A DNA stretch of 64,000 bases from Blastocatellia bacterium (GTDB lineage Bacteria > Acidobacteriota > Blastocatellia > RBC074), in NCBI GenBank assembly GCA_035714085.1, contig DASTMP010000285.1:3659-67658 (forward strand), written 5' to 3'. A model generated the notes under the pieces. That model made no database searches. It was not told where the DNA came from and saw only the letters and a list, made by a program, of their open reading frames with translations. A program made the translations under genes and the position numbers. This document shows, piece by piece, positions 9,351 to 18,419 of this stretch; position 1 is the first letter of the stretch; every line of letters begins with the position of its first letter.

Positions 9351-10109
9351 ATGTCGGCCTCTACTTCAAACCAAAAATCAGTTCAGGCGGCGGCCGGCTG
9401 CTTCACATCGACGCAGTGGAGCCTGGTGTTGGCCGCGGGACAGCGTTCGACGCCCGAAGCCGAGCAGGCATTGGCAAAATTGTGCGGCGCCTACTGGCCG
9501 CCGATTTACGCCTATCTGCGGCGGAGAGGATACTCGGCGCCGGAGGCTGAAGACCTGGCGCAGAGCTTCTTCGTCCGACTCTTGGAGAAGAACTATCTGC
9601 GGGACGCCAATCCTGAGCGCGGCAAATTTCGATCATTCCTGCTGGCCTCACTCAAACATTTTCTCGCCAACGAATGGGATCGCGCACAGGCTCGGAAACG
9701 CGGCGGCCAATTTCAGTTCATCGGCCTGGAAGAGATCGCCGCGCAAGAGAACGAACGCCGCCTTGATCCGTATACCCTGACCCCGGAAGAACAATATGAA
9801 CGGCAATGGGCGCTGACGGCGCTCAATCGGGTGATTGCGCGGTTGGGAGAGGAATATAAGGCCGCGGGCAAAGCGCGTCTTTTCGACCACCTGAAGGACT
9901 TTCTGATCGGAACCGACGGCCTGCCTTACCAACAAGTGGCCGTCTCTCTGGAGATGAGCGAGGGGGCCGTTAAAACGGCTGTTCACCGCTTACGCGGCCG
10001 CTTTCGCAAACTGCTGCGCGCGGAGATCGCGGAAACTCTCCCGCATCCCGATAACCAGGATGAGGTCGATGGAGAGATTCGCTACCTTCTCAAGACGCTC
10101 AGTTCATAA
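9351..10109 (+). CDS. ECF-type RNA polymerase sigma factor (sigma-70 regions 2 and 4; kinase-associated ECF group)
   Basis: 252 aa. The region-2-like segment is ...YWPPIYAYLRRRGYSAPEAEDLAQSFFVRLLE... and the region-4 HTH is ...LPYQQVAVSLEMSEGAVKTAVHRLRGRF.... A Ser/Thr kinase gene follows directly. Confidence 0.8.
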   Translation: MSASTSNQKSVQAAAGCFTSTQWSLVLAAGQRSTPEAEQALAKLCGAYWPPIYAYLRRRGYSAPEAEDLAQSFFVRLLEKNYLRDANPERGKFRSFLLASLKHFLANEWDRAQARKRGGQFQFIGLEEIAAQENERRLDPYTLTPEEQYERQWALTALNRVIARLGEEYKAAGKARLFDHLKDFLIGTDGLPYQQVAVSLEMSEGAVKTAVHRLRGRFRKLLRAEIAETLPHPDNQDEVDGEIRYLLKTLSS

Positions 10110-10291
10110 AATTTTCTCTCCTCGAACTGTAACCTTTAACGCAGTTTGCTTCAGTAAGAAGTGTAATCGTCTTCCATATTCCGTTTTCCATTTTCCGTTT
10201 GTCATGTGTTATTGCGCGTCCTTTTGGTTCCGGCAATGACAAATGTCAAGCGCAAAGTGGAAAACGGAAAATGAAAAAGGAGGGCCATTCG

Positions 10292-11782
10292 ATGACTAAA
10301 TCTGGTCTCTGTCCACGCTGTCAAGGCGCATTAACCGAGGATGCCCCAGCCGGTTTGTGTCCGAAATGTCTGATGGGAATGGCGCTCGAACTCTCGTCCG
10401 AGCCTTCTGAAAGCCTATCAGCCGCGGGGCCAGTCGGCGCGCGCGCCGCGGACGCGACGATCGCTGAGAGCGACCGATCTTTCGGCGATTACGAGTTATT
10501 GGGACGGATCGCGCGCGGCGGGATGGGTGTGATCTACAAGGCGCGGCAGGTCTGTCTAAATCGCGTTGTCGCAGTCAAGATGATGTTGCCCGGACTGCTC
10601 GTCTCCGAAGCCGAAGCGAGTCGATTCCAGAACGAGGCCGAAGTCATCGCCAACCTGCGCCATCCCAATATTGTGGCTGTTCACGAGGTGGGCGCGCACG
10701 ACGGCCAGCGCTATTTCTCGATGGACTACGTCGAGGGGCAAAGCCTGGCCGCGGTCGTCAGAGAACATCCGCTTCCGGCGCGGACCGCGGCCCGCTATGT
10801 CAAGGTGATCGCCGAAGCCATTCATTACGCGCACCAGCAGGGCATTCTGCACCGCGATTTGAAGCCGTCGAACGTGCTGCTGGACAAAGCCGGGAATCCG
10901 CGCATCACCGACTTCGGTCTGGCCAAGCGATTGTCGAGCGATTCGCGGCTGACCGCCACGGGGACGGTGCTGGGCACGCCGAGCTATATGCCTCCGGAAC
11001 AGGCCGACGGCAAAAGCAGACGCACGGGGGCGGCCAGCGACGTCTATTCGATCGGCGCGATCCTTTACGAACTGCTGACAGGTCGCCCGCCGTTTCAAGC
11101 GGCGACACCGCTCGACACCATCCTTCTCGTCATCAACACGGAACCGATCGCGCCGCGAATGCTCAATCCGAAGCTCTCCCGCGATCTGGAGACGATCTGT
11201 TTGAAATGTCTGGAGAAGGACCCGCGCTGGCGATATCAATCGGCGCAGGAGTTGGCTGACGATCTCGACCGCTACCTGAAGCGTGAGCCAATCAAGGCGC
11301 GGCCCATCAGCCTCTTAAACCGCGGCTGGCGCTGGTGCCGGCGTAATCCGTGGCAGACCACGGCCGCCGTCGCTCTGGTCCTGGCGACTTTGATGGCGTC
11401 GCTCTGGGCCATCGCGTCTCAGCGGATAGCGATTATTTCCAGGCAGATTCCCTGGCAATCGTTGTTTGAGCAGGTCCAATCAGGGCGGGTCGCGGGCGAT
11501 CACACGGAGTCGCTCAAGGCGCCGGCCGAGGCTACCCCTGTCAAAAGCCCTGACGGTCGGCTGCTCGCTTCGAGCGGCCAGGATCATCGCACAATTCGAC
11601 TGCTGGAAACCTCGACCGGACGTGAATTGGCCCAATGGGAGGCCCACCGGGTCGGAATTACCGCGTTGGCCTTCAGCCCGGATGGCCGCACACTTGCCTC
11701 CGGAGGCGCGGACGGAACGATGAAGTTGTGGGACCTCTCTTCCATCCGCCGCGAGTTGGGCGGCAAAGAATTTGATCGGTAG
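10292..11782 (+). CDS. Ser/Thr protein kinase with N-terminal zinc-ribbon and C-terminal WD40 repeats
   Basis: AGGAGG RBS 8 nt before the ATG at 10292. The N-terminus is CPRCQGAL...CPKCLMG. Hanks kinase motifs are present: VAVKMM, HRDLKPSNVLL, DFGLAK, SYMPPE. A TM segment follows, then WD40 units (SPDGRLLASSGQDHRTIRL..., SPDGRTLASGGADGTMKLWD). Confidence 0.85.
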   Translation: MTKSGLCPRCQGALTEDAPAGLCPKCLMGMALELSSEPSESLSAAGPVGARAADATIAESDRSFGDYELLGRIARGGMGVIYKARQVCLNRVVAVKMMLPGLLVSEAEASRFQNEAEVIANLRHPNIVAVHEVGAHDGQRYFSMDYVEGQSLAAVVREHPLPARTAARYVKVIAEAIHYAHQQGILHRDLKPSNVLLDKAGNPRITDFGLAKRLSSDSRLTATGTVLGTPSYMPPEQADGKSRRTGAASDVYSIGAILYELLTGRPPFQAATPLDTILLVINTEPIAPRMLNPKLSRDLETICLKCLEKDPRWRYQSAQELADDLDRYLKREPIKARPISLLNRGWRWCRRNPWQTTAAVALVLATLMASLWAIASQRIAIISRQIPWQSLFEQVQSGRVAGDHTESLKAPAEATPVKSPDGRLLASSGQDHRTIRLLETSTGRELAQWEAHRVGITALAFSPDGRTLASGGADGTMKLWDLSSIRRELGGKEFDR

Positions 11783-12497
11783 TTGATTTAAATCGGAACA
11801 ACTTAGCGTCGCCGACCGACAAGAGCGCTCAATCTTTGTCACGCCGTGACGCCGATTGAGAACTGCTATCGTAGCGTTCCTGCTTCATAGACCACCCATC
11901 GGCGGTCTCCACAGGCGTTCAAGGGGGTCGGGCCCGCTCGGCCCTACCTCTCAAAAGAGACTATGAATTGTTTCTCTACTTTAGCGTTCAAACTTTTACC
12001 CCACAGACTTCCTGTGGGAACCGCCAAATTTGAGTTTCAAAGAGCCGCAACGGTGGCTCACGCGGTACTTGCAACCTTCGTGACAGGGCCGTTCGTGTTG
12101 CGGTGATTGTACCATGATTCATAGCCGGAACGCTCACGGTCGACGAGAAAAATTTACAGCTTTCGGTCACTCCACTTCGCTGCCGTGACCGGAGGGTCAT
12201 TCACCGTCCCGCTGGGACAGAATTATGGTTTTTGAGAAATAGACTTGACAACGCTTCTTCCGCTGCGGCGACCCGGAAAATAGTTGTCATATTTATTTTT
12301 CAACAAGCAGTAGTGTGTCCGCAGGGTGAATTGGGGGCGGACAGACTAAAGCCTGCCTCACTCCTGGTTGAGGAGGAACATATGCAACGATGGATCTGGA
12401 CAATAATTTTATGGACAGGTCCGCTCATGCCCTCGGCCTGCGCATCGGCCTGGCTTTTCGCTGATTCTACTTATTCAATTTAACCAAAGGAACAACT

Positions 12498-13565
12498 ATG
12501 AAAGCGCGAAGTCGGATTTTCCTATTGACAGTTCTCTTGATCGTATTTTTGTGGCCTAACCAGAAACTAACAGCCTCCACTAGCCAGGCCGAAGCTCAGT
12601 TATCCGCGCCAGTCCGCATTAGCGACGATAACGGCTTCGACGAAGATCCATCGGTATTGCTCGCCCGGGATGGCCGGTTTTACGTGGCTTGGTCGTCGAA
12701 GCGGCAAAGCGGAGTCAATATTTACATCAAGAGTTCAGCGGATGGACAGAACTGGTCCACCGAGGAGCGGGTGACCGGCGGTCCCGGCGAAGACTACTAT
12801 CCCTCCCTTGCGCAGACCAGGGATGGTACGTTTCACATCGCATGGCACCGGCTCGAACGAGCGCAGGCAGACATTGACATTTGGTATTCGCGCTCGCAGG
12901 ATGCGCGAACCTGGTCAGTCCCGGTACAAATCACCACTAGTCCGAAAGTGGAATGGGCGCCCAGCATCCTCGCGGATTCGAGCGACGCTCTACACATCGT
13001 CTGGTCTTCAGGTAAGACTGGCAATCGGGAGCTGTACGAATCCCGGTCTGATGATGGCGGCCTCTGGTGGGCTCCCGAGAGGCAGATCACGCATAGCGCT
13101 GAGGAGGACGATTTCCCTCAGATGATCGAAACACGCCAAGGGGAAAAGATTCTGGCGTGGACGCGGTACCGGCAAGGATCGCTTCTGTGCGACTACATCA
13201 GCGACACCTCGGCTGAGATTGTGATCTCGCGATCGTGGGACGGGTTGAATTGGTCCGTTCCTGAAGTGTCCTCACCGAAGGATGAAAAGTGGCGCCAGAT
13301 GGACTTCCTGCCATTTGTCTTCGAAGACGCCGGCAGCCGACAGTTGTATCTCAGTTGGACATCCTCGCGATCCAATAGCTTGGGCAACATTCTTCTGCGC
13401 AACCTGGCGGCGGAACAGTCAGTTTACAGCCTTCTCACCATCGAGCGGACGAGGGACTACGACGCGAAGATCGCGCCGACTAAAACCCCAGGTCAATATC
13501 TTATGGTATGGGTCTCGGACCGTGAGGGAGCAATAGAGATCTATTCCCGGACTTTTCAACTATAA
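12498..13565 (+). CDS. Secreted BNR-repeat (sialidase-like beta-propeller) protein
   Basis: Signal peptide followed by repeated S-x-D-x-G-x-x-W motifs (SADGQNWS, SQDARTWS, SDDGGLWW, SWDGLNWS). The repeats are spaced as in 6-bladed sialidase/BNR propellers. Confidence 0.65.
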   Translation: MKARSRIFLLTVLLIVFLWPNQKLTASTSQAEAQLSAPVRISDDNGFDEDPSVLLARDGRFYVAWSSKRQSGVNIYIKSSADGQNWSTEERVTGGPGEDYYPSLAQTRDGTFHIAWHRLERAQADIDIWYSRSQDARTWSVPVQITTSPKVEWAPSILADSSDALHIVWSSGKTGNRELYESRSDDGGLWWAPERQITHSAEEDDFPQMIETRQGEKILAWTRYRQGSLLCDYISDTSAEIVISRSWDGLNWSVPEVSSPKDEKWRQMDFLPFVFEDAGSRQLYLSWTSSRSNSLGNILLRNLAAEQSVYSLLTIERTRDYDAKIAPTKTPGQYLMVWVSDREGAIEIYSRTFQL

Positions 13566-13638
13566 GTAGCGCCCGATGCGTTTTGGCGCATTCAGTATAA
13601 CTGAATACTATCCCTGCCCCCCAAAACTGGAGGAACAC

Positions 13639-15186
13639 ATGCAAGACACCCGACGCTTTGCAAAACTCAGTCGCGCTCTCGGTTTGAGAGCGAACACCTG
13701 CCGCTTTTTGATCGGCGCCCTCGTCTTCACTCTGCTGATACCGCTCACGGATTGCAATGTCAAAAAGACTGTTCGATTGGATCCGTCGGAAGTGAAGGAA
13801 CCAGGAAAAGAGAGGATTGTCGGGATCACCACCACCGACGGCCAGGACGTTCGTTTCGATTCGAGCGGGGCTACTGTGAGGGGCGATACGCTCCAGGCAT
13901 CCGTCAACGGAGCGCCGTATCAGATCACTACTAACCGGGTGCAGCGGTTATGGATTGAACGAAAAGAACTGTCGAAGGCGCGCACTATCGGCCTCATCGC
14001 TGGCGTGGCCGCTGGCGTCCTTATCGCGGGTGTGGCCATCGCGCTGGCTACCAAGCAATCCTGTCCCTTCATCTACTCCTGGGATGGCTCGGAGTATGTC
14101 TTCGACGGCGAGCCATACGGCGGCGCGGTTACGCGAGGTCTTGAGCGGGACGATTATTCCGAACTCGAACACCTTCGCGCGGAGAATGGCCTTTATCGTT
14201 TGATGGTCACAAACGAAGTGCCGGAGACGCAGTACACCAACCTGATGGAGCTGCAGGTGGTCGACCATCCGGCGGCGACGCGTGTGGTGGCCGACGAGTG
14301 GGGCGGGTTCCACGTCCTTGCCGAGCCCCAACGCCTGACCTCAGCCAGAGACAATCAGGGACGCGACCTGCTTCCCTGGTTGGTGACGACTGATCGGGTC
14401 ATCTGGGAAGCTCCGCCGGTTCTCGACGCCAACGGCGGCGTGCGACAGGAGATCGTCCTGACTTTTCCGAAGCCGAAGAGAGCGACGCGCGCCAGACTGG
14501 TGGCGAATGTGGCTACCGGGTTGTGGGGATCCGGAATGATCAAAGAGATGCTCAAGTTACGCGGACGTGACCTGGAGTCCTGGTACGCTTCGATGGACAG
14601 CGATCGAACGCAATCCGCCGCCCTCTTCGCATGGATACTCAGAGAAGAGCTGTTTGCGCTCAAGCTCGAAGTCGAAGAACCCGACGGATGGAAACATCGG
14701 GGAACCCTGCCCGGCGGAGGTCCGTTCATCGCCGAAGATCGGGTCGTCGCTCTCGACGTGAGCCGGGCGACGGGTGATCAACTGCGCATCCGAATACGCC
14801 CGCCGGTCGGTTTCTGGGCGCTCAACTCTTTCGCAGTTGATTATGGAGCTGACCAATCGCCGATCGTGGAGAAGGTTCATCCGATAAAGGCCTGGAATGA
14901 CGGAGATCGGGATCTACTGGCCGAACTGTCGAAGACGGATGACGCTTATTACGACATGCCAAACGTAGGCGACCGGGCCTGGGTTAACTTTCCAGCCCCG
15001 CCGCCGCGTCCGGGAATGGAGCGGACCGTCTTCCTGCACAGTAGAGGTTATTATCGGCTTCATCTGACCGGCAGCGGTAACCCAGACCTCGCCACCTTAG
15101 AGCAAATCGGCAATACTCCGGACGCCGCGGCGCGCTTCGCCGTCAAACGATACGGCGAGCGGCGAGTGGCGCAGGCGTCGAAGTGA
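13639..15186 (+). CDS. Hypothetical lipoprotein / membrane-anchored protein
   Basis: GGAGG RBS before the ATG at 13639. Lipobox-like LLIPLTDC, plus an internal TM segment (IGLIAGVAAGVLIAGVAIALA). No recognisable catalytic motif. An in-frame upstream TTG/ATG extends the ORF to 13576. Confidence 0.5.
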   Translation: MQDTRRFAKLSRALGLRANTCRFLIGALVFTLLIPLTDCNVKKTVRLDPSEVKEPGKERIVGITTTDGQDVRFDSSGATVRGDTLQASVNGAPYQITTNRVQRLWIERKELSKARTIGLIAGVAAGVLIAGVAIALATKQSCPFIYSWDGSEYVFDGEPYGGAVTRGLERDDYSELEHLRAENGLYRLMVTNEVPETQYTNLMELQVVDHPAATRVVADEWGGFHVLAEPQRLTSARDNQGRDLLPWLVTTDRVIWEAPPVLDANGGVRQEIVLTFPKPKRATRARLVANVATGLWGSGMIKEMLKLRGRDLESWYASMDSDRTQSAALFAWILREELFALKLEVEEPDGWKHRGTLPGGGPFIAEDRVVALDVSRATGDQLRIRIRPPVGFWALNSFAVDYGADQSPIVEKVHPIKAWNDGDRDLLAELSKTDDAYYDMPNVGDRAWVNFPAPPPRPGMERTVFLHSRGYYRLHLTGSGNPDLATLEQIGNTPDAAARFAVKRYGERRVAQASK

Positions 15187-15610
15187 TTGATGGTCTCATT
15201 TTCCTGTCTGATCTCGTTTCTTTATCAGCCAATCGAATAGATCAGACAGGAAAATGGAAGACAGAAAAATTGAAAAATTCCCGCTATCTTCCCGGCCTCT
15301 TCGCCAAGCGCCCTTTGTGACTGACCTCTTCGCCGTTCACTCATTGAGCTAATGTCCAGCGCCGAGTAAATGATCTCCGTTTTTTGATTCGCTATCACAT
15401 TCTCGCCTGAAATACACAATGAACAGGTCGCATCAGCAGCTTTTCTCCGAACGTTTTCCTCGCCGGCGGAGTAAATATTTTTAGCGGCGCGGATTGGCTG
15501 AACAGACTTGCGATTGCGGCTTGCGGCGGCCTCACTCACATTCGCGCTACCAAAACAATCAACCCACCGGCTCGCGTAAGCGAGCGGCGCATCACGCGAC
15601 CAATGCCCGC
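15187..15610 (+). repeat. About 420-bp conserved upstream/leader region, copy B (paralogous to 7741..8160)
   Basis: See copy A. Copy B has an extra about 110 bp before the start codon, which contains a perfect-stem hairpin at 15680..15729. Confidence 0.6.
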
Positions 15611-15745
15611 TTACCCAGGCCGTAGTGCGCCATTACGTGGAGTCGTTCATTCTGCGGTGAGCGACGCCATAAAAGAATGAAACCTCGCCAAGTAGGCGCC
15701 GAATAATTTCGGCGTCTACTTGGCGAGGTTTCGGAGGAGCTGGGT

Positions 15746-16687
15746 ATGAAACTTCACCTTATCGCGAAGGCTGCGATAGCTCTGAGTCTTCTTGCGTCGC
15801 CTTGTCTGGCTCAGGCTCCGCCCGTCGCGCATGATCATTTCGCCCGCGCGGGGTCGCGTTACCAGAAAGGCGATTTCGAGGGCGCGATCGCCGACTTCAC
15901 CAAAGCCATCGAGATCAGCTCGCGTCTGGACAACCGCCAACGCGGCGATGATTGGCGCCACGAGACCGGCGCGGCGTCGAATTTTGACAAGGTCAGAGTA
16001 CTCGATCCGCTGGCGGCGGCGGCATACGCAAATCGCGGGCTGGCGCGTTATCAACTCCGCGATTACGAGGGCGCTATCGCCGACTGCGACCGCGCGATCG
16101 CGATCAATCCGCGTCTCAGCGTCGCCTACAACAATCGCGGCATCGCGCGCTACGCCTTGGAAGATTACGACCACGCGATCGCCGATTTCGACCGCGCGAT
16201 CGCGATCGATCCGCGTGACGCTGAGACCTATAACAATCGCGGCAACGTATATGTGGATAAGAAAGAGCTTGATCGGGCCCTCGCCGATTTCGACCGCGCC
16301 CTCGCGCTCGATCCGCGCCTCACGTCGGTCTATTTCAATCGCGGCTTTGCGCGGCGCGAGAAAGGGAACGACGATGGCGCGTTGAAGGATTTCGACAAGG
16401 CTATCGCGATCGATCCGCGCTTCGCTTCGGGATACTACGGCCGCGCGGTGGCTCTGTGCGACAGGAATGAATTGGACCGCGCGATCAATGACTTCAATCG
16501 CGCCATCGAACTCGATCCGCGCTATGCTCTGGCTTACGGGAACCGCGGGCTGGCTTTGCTGCGACAGGGCAAGGACGCCGAAGCCGAAAAGGATTTCGAG
16601 CGCGCCGTCGCGCTCAGGCCGGAATTGAAGGCGGAACTGGAGTTGAACGTCGAGAGAGCCAAGAAATGGAGGCAAACGAATCGCTGA
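15746..16687 (+). CDS. TPR-repeat lipoprotein (paralog B)
   Basis: MKLHLIAKAAIALSLLASPCLAQA signal/lipobox. Same TPR architecture as 8219..9157, with near-identical N- and C-terminal thirds. Confidence 0.8.
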   Translation: MKLHLIAKAAIALSLLASPCLAQAPPVAHDHFARAGSRYQKGDFEGAIADFTKAIEISSRLDNRQRGDDWRHETGAASNFDKVRVLDPLAAAAYANRGLARYQLRDYEGAIADCDRAIAINPRLSVAYNNRGIARYALEDYDHAIADFDRAIAIDPRDAETYNNRGNVYVDKKELDRALADFDRALALDPRLTSVYFNRGFARREKGNDDGALKDFDKAIAIDPRFASGYYGRAVALCDRNELDRAINDFNRAIELDPRYALAYGNRGLALLRQGKDAEAEKDFERAVALRPELKAELELNVERAKKWRQTNR

Positions 16688-16901
16688 ATCGATCATTCGC
16701 CGCGCTTGCTTCGAAATAGTTGAGAGACTATATTACGCCACGTCATTGACCTCTTGAGGCAATGACACTGAACACGTTCCCATCAGAAAGCGCCCCTCAC
16801 CGGAACACGATCCCCCTACCAGAACTTGACACCCGCAGATAACCTGATTATCTGTCAGATGACATCAGCCTGTCGCAGTTGACATAAAGGAGGACTGCCC
16901 T

Positions 16902-18194
16902 GTGAGAACTCGAATTCTGATCATAATTATTGCGCTGGCCGCCCTTCTCCCAGGTTGTGGGGGGAAGTTTCAAATCGGGCCGCTGCCGTCTCCGCCGCAG
17001 CTGCCACCGGTCATCAAGGACGAATTAGTGACGAACGTCGGCGCGCCTACCGCTATCGCCTTTACGCCCGACGGGAGGTTATTGATCACGACCCAGAGCG
17101 GGCAATTACGCGTCTACCAGAACGGAAATCTGCTGGGCGCGCCGGCGCTCGACTTGAGCAGCCGAGTTTGCGCCAACAGCGAACGCGGGCTGCTTGGCGT
17201 CGCTATAGATCCGGATTTTGCGAACAATAATTTCATCTACCTCTACTACACCTTCAATAAGTTCGCGACTTGTCCGACCGGACAACCGACCAATGCGCTT
17301 AACCCGGTCAACCGGGTCTCCCGATTCATCTTCGGCGGCGACAACCTCGTCATCCCGGGGAGCGAGATCGTACTCATTGATAATATTCTCTCGCCCAACG
17401 GCAACCACAATGGAGGAGACCTGCAATTCGGCAAGGACGGATTCCTTTACGTCAGCGTCGGCGACGGCGGCGCTGACTACGCGGGCGACAGCGGTGGAGG
17501 CGGGGCGAATGACGCGGCGCGCGACAGGAATGTGTTACTCGGCAAGATCCTGCGCATCACGCGTGACGGTCTCATCCCGCCGACCAATCCTTTCCAGGGG
17601 GCGAATAGCGCGCGATGCAACACGACCGGCATGACGATGGCGGGTAATTCGTGCCAGGAGACTTTCGCCTGGGGCTTGCGCAATCCGTTTCGCCTCGCTT
17701 TCGATCCGAACGCCGCCGTAACCAGGTTCTTCATCAACGACGTCGGCCAAAGCGCCTGGGAAGAGATTGATGAGGGAATTTCGGGCGCCGATTACGGATG
17801 GAACATTCGCGAAGGGCCTTGCGCCAACGGCTCAACGACTAACTGCGGCCCGCAGCCCTCCGGGTTGACCAACCCGATCTTCGCCTACCAACATACCAGC
17901 GACTGCGGCGCAACCGGAGTCGCTGGCAATTCGATCACCGGCGGCGCGTTCGTGCCGAGGGGCGTATGGCCGGCCCAATATGAAGGCGCCTACCTGTTTG
18001 GCGAGTTCATTTGCGGAAAGATATTTCAACTGTCGCCGAACGGCGCCGGCGACTTTACGGCGAGCGAATTCAGGACGGGGCTGGGCTCCAGCAGCGCCGT
18101 GACTATGATCTTTGGTCCACACCAGAACACGCAGGCGCTTTACTACACGACCTTTGCGGGCGGCGGTCAGGTGCGCCGCATAAGCATTAATTGA
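16902..18194 (+). CDS. PQQ-dependent soluble sugar (glucose/sorbosone) dehydrogenase-family beta-propeller lipoprotein
   Basis: Lipoprotein signal (LLPGCGG). Family motifs GLLGVAIDPDF, NHNGGDLQFGKDGFLYVSVGDGG, GLRNPFRLAFDP, GADYGWN. Confidence 0.8.
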   Translation: MRTRILIIIIALAALLPGCGGKFQIGPLPSPPQLPPVIKDELVTNVGAPTAIAFTPDGRLLITTQSGQLRVYQNGNLLGAPALDLSSRVCANSERGLLGVAIDPDFANNNFIYLYYTFNKFATCPTGQPTNALNPVNRVSRFIFGGDNLVIPGSEIVLIDNILSPNGNHNGGDLQFGKDGFLYVSVGDGGADYAGDSGGGGANDAARDRNVLLGKILRITRDGLIPPTNPFQGANSARCNTTGMTMAGNSCQETFAWGLRNPFRLAFDPNAAVTRFFINDVGQSAWEEIDEGISGADYGWNIREGPCANGSTTNCGPQPSGLTNPIFAYQHTSDCGATGVAGNSITGGAFVPRGVWPAQYEGAYLFGEFICGKIFQLSPNGAGDFTASEFRTGLGSSSAVTMIFGPHQNTQALYYTTFAGGGQVRRISIN

Positions 18195-18419
18195 CCGGTT
18201 ATGCGGGCTTTCATATGTATGAAGACTATTAGGCGCCGCAGGACACCGCAGAGCAATGAAGGAATTCTCCGTGTTCTGCGGCGCCTATTCGTCCAGATGA
18301 AAACCGCTGTAGATTTTCGCGATGCCCCACGATTTGGTGAGAGGTGTTTGTGCGTTCATCGCTGTATCTGGCATTCATTGGAGTGAGTGTGCCCAGAGAG
18401 GCCATGAGCGACCCGCCAC

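Noticed and set aside
9136-9780. 214-aa plus-strand ORF overlapping the ECF sigma gene in another frame
   Set aside because: The sigma-factor frame (9351..10109) has clear region-2 and region-4 motifs. This ORF is an out-of-frame artefact, although its first about 15 codons cover the shared 32-nt motif reported separately.
15716-16696. 326-aa ORF on the minus strand
   Set aside because: It is exactly antisense to the TPR lipoprotein gene 15746..16687. It is a high-GC open frame without start or RBS context. The sense strand gives a clean signal peptide and TPR units.
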